This document shows, one piece after another, positions 63,306 to 64,000 of a stretch of DNA of 64,000 nt. The notes below the pieces were generated by a model. The model did no database searches. It worked only from the letters and a program-made list of their open reading frames with translations, and had not been told where the DNA came from. The DNA comes from an uncultured Christensenella sp. (lineage in GTDB: Bacteria; Bacillota; Clostridia; Christensenellales; UBA1242), in contig CAYVXW010000004.1 in NCBI GenBank assembly GCA_964455585.1, positions 103-64,102 of the forward strand, in the 5' to 3' direction. The first letter of the stretch is position 1. Each line of letters begins with the position of its first letter. The position numbers and the translations under genes were made by a program.

Positions 63306-64000
63306 ATGGTTATTGAAAGAGAATTATATGTAAATCAAATAAAGCGAATGTTAAATAATGAGCAAATTAAAGTTATCACTGGTGTTAGGCGTTGTGGAAA
63401 ATCGTACTTGCTTGATTTTATTATCGAAACGCTCAAAGCCGACGGCGTGGACGAGAGCCACATTATCAAAGTACCAATGGAAGATATGTCGTTTGGATTT
63501 TTAAAAGACCCCGATGTGTGCCATAAGTATTTTTTAGACAAAATGGTGGATGGCGACAAGTATTATATTTTAATCGACGAAGTACAACAAATTATCGATT
63601 GGGAAAGGGTTGTAAACTCGCTTAGACTTAGAAATACAAGCATAGTAATTACGGGCTCCAACTCAAAAGTTCTCTCGGGAGAACTTGCTACTCTTCTTTC
63701 GGGAAGATATGTTGAGTTTGGACTAAGAACAATTTCGTTTTCGGAATACTATAACAGTTTGAAAGAAGAAAACCCTAATGCCGACCTAAGGCAAGCAATG
63801 GAATATTACATTGCAAATGGTGGTTATCCGATTATACTTTCGTCTAATCTAGACAAAATGCAAGTTTCAAGCATTGTAACAGATATTTTTCATTCAACCG
63901 TTTTGAAAGACGCCGTTGCAAGGAATGACCTAAAAGACGAAGCCCTAATGGGAAGACTGGTCGATTATTTGTTTGATAATGTTGGAAACCTAATATCCAT
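63306..64000 (+). CDS. AAA_14/DUF4143-type ATPase, truncated by the window end
   Basis: RBS GGAGG; MVIERELY...ITGVRRCGKS...LIDEVQ...TGSNS...LSGRY; not in the ORF track because there is no stop inside the window. Confidence 0.88.
   Translation, partial: MVIERELYVNQIKRMLNNEQIKVITGVRRCGKSYLLDFIIETLKADGVDESHIIKVPMEDMSFGFLKDPDVCHKYFLDKMVDGDKYYILIDEVQQIIDWERVVNSLRLRNTSIVITGSNSKVLSGELATLLSGRYVEFGLRTISFSEYYNSLKEENPNADLRQAMEYYIANGGYPIILSSNLDKMQVSSIVTDIFHSTVLKDAVARNDLKDEALMGRLVDYLFDNVGNLIS

Overview
Chromosomal segment of a low-GC, spore-forming Clostridia-like Firmicute. The core consists of housekeeping genes (dnaB/dnaD-like plus DnaC-type loader, sbcDC, greA, trpS, prfA, prmC, rpmE, murC, tRNA-Ser(CGA)) and sporulation genes (spoIIR-sleB-ypeB, sipL-like, spoIIM-like, spoIIE, spoVG). 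Accessory material is interspersed. (i) An AT-rich defence island at about 1.6-9.8 kb carries an AAA/DUF4143 ATPase, a LlaJI-like McrBC-type restriction-modification operon with three C5-methyltransferases and a C-protein. It lies next to a serine-recombinase relic and is bracketed by two inverted receiver-less Spo0A DNA-binding-domain genes; a third copy sits near the tRNA, and all three share a promoter carrying 0A boxes. (ii) Two tandem 148-bp units show strongly covarying hairpins and are a candidate novel structured RNA. (iii) Three arrays of REP-like palindromes are present, two of which bracket a HigB-HigA-SecB toxin-antitoxin-chaperone module with about 176-bp direct repeats. (iv) Three inverted DnaA-box pairs share an identical 13-bp spacing, two of them in the leaders of orphan genes. 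(v) Three AAA/DUF4143 paralogues each have a long-spacer palindrome abutting the -35 element, and one is flanked by a perfect 55-bp direct repeat. (vi) Orphan kinase-like, ADP-ribosyltransferase and KwaA-like genes are also present. All calls come from reading motifs by eye; no database searches were run.
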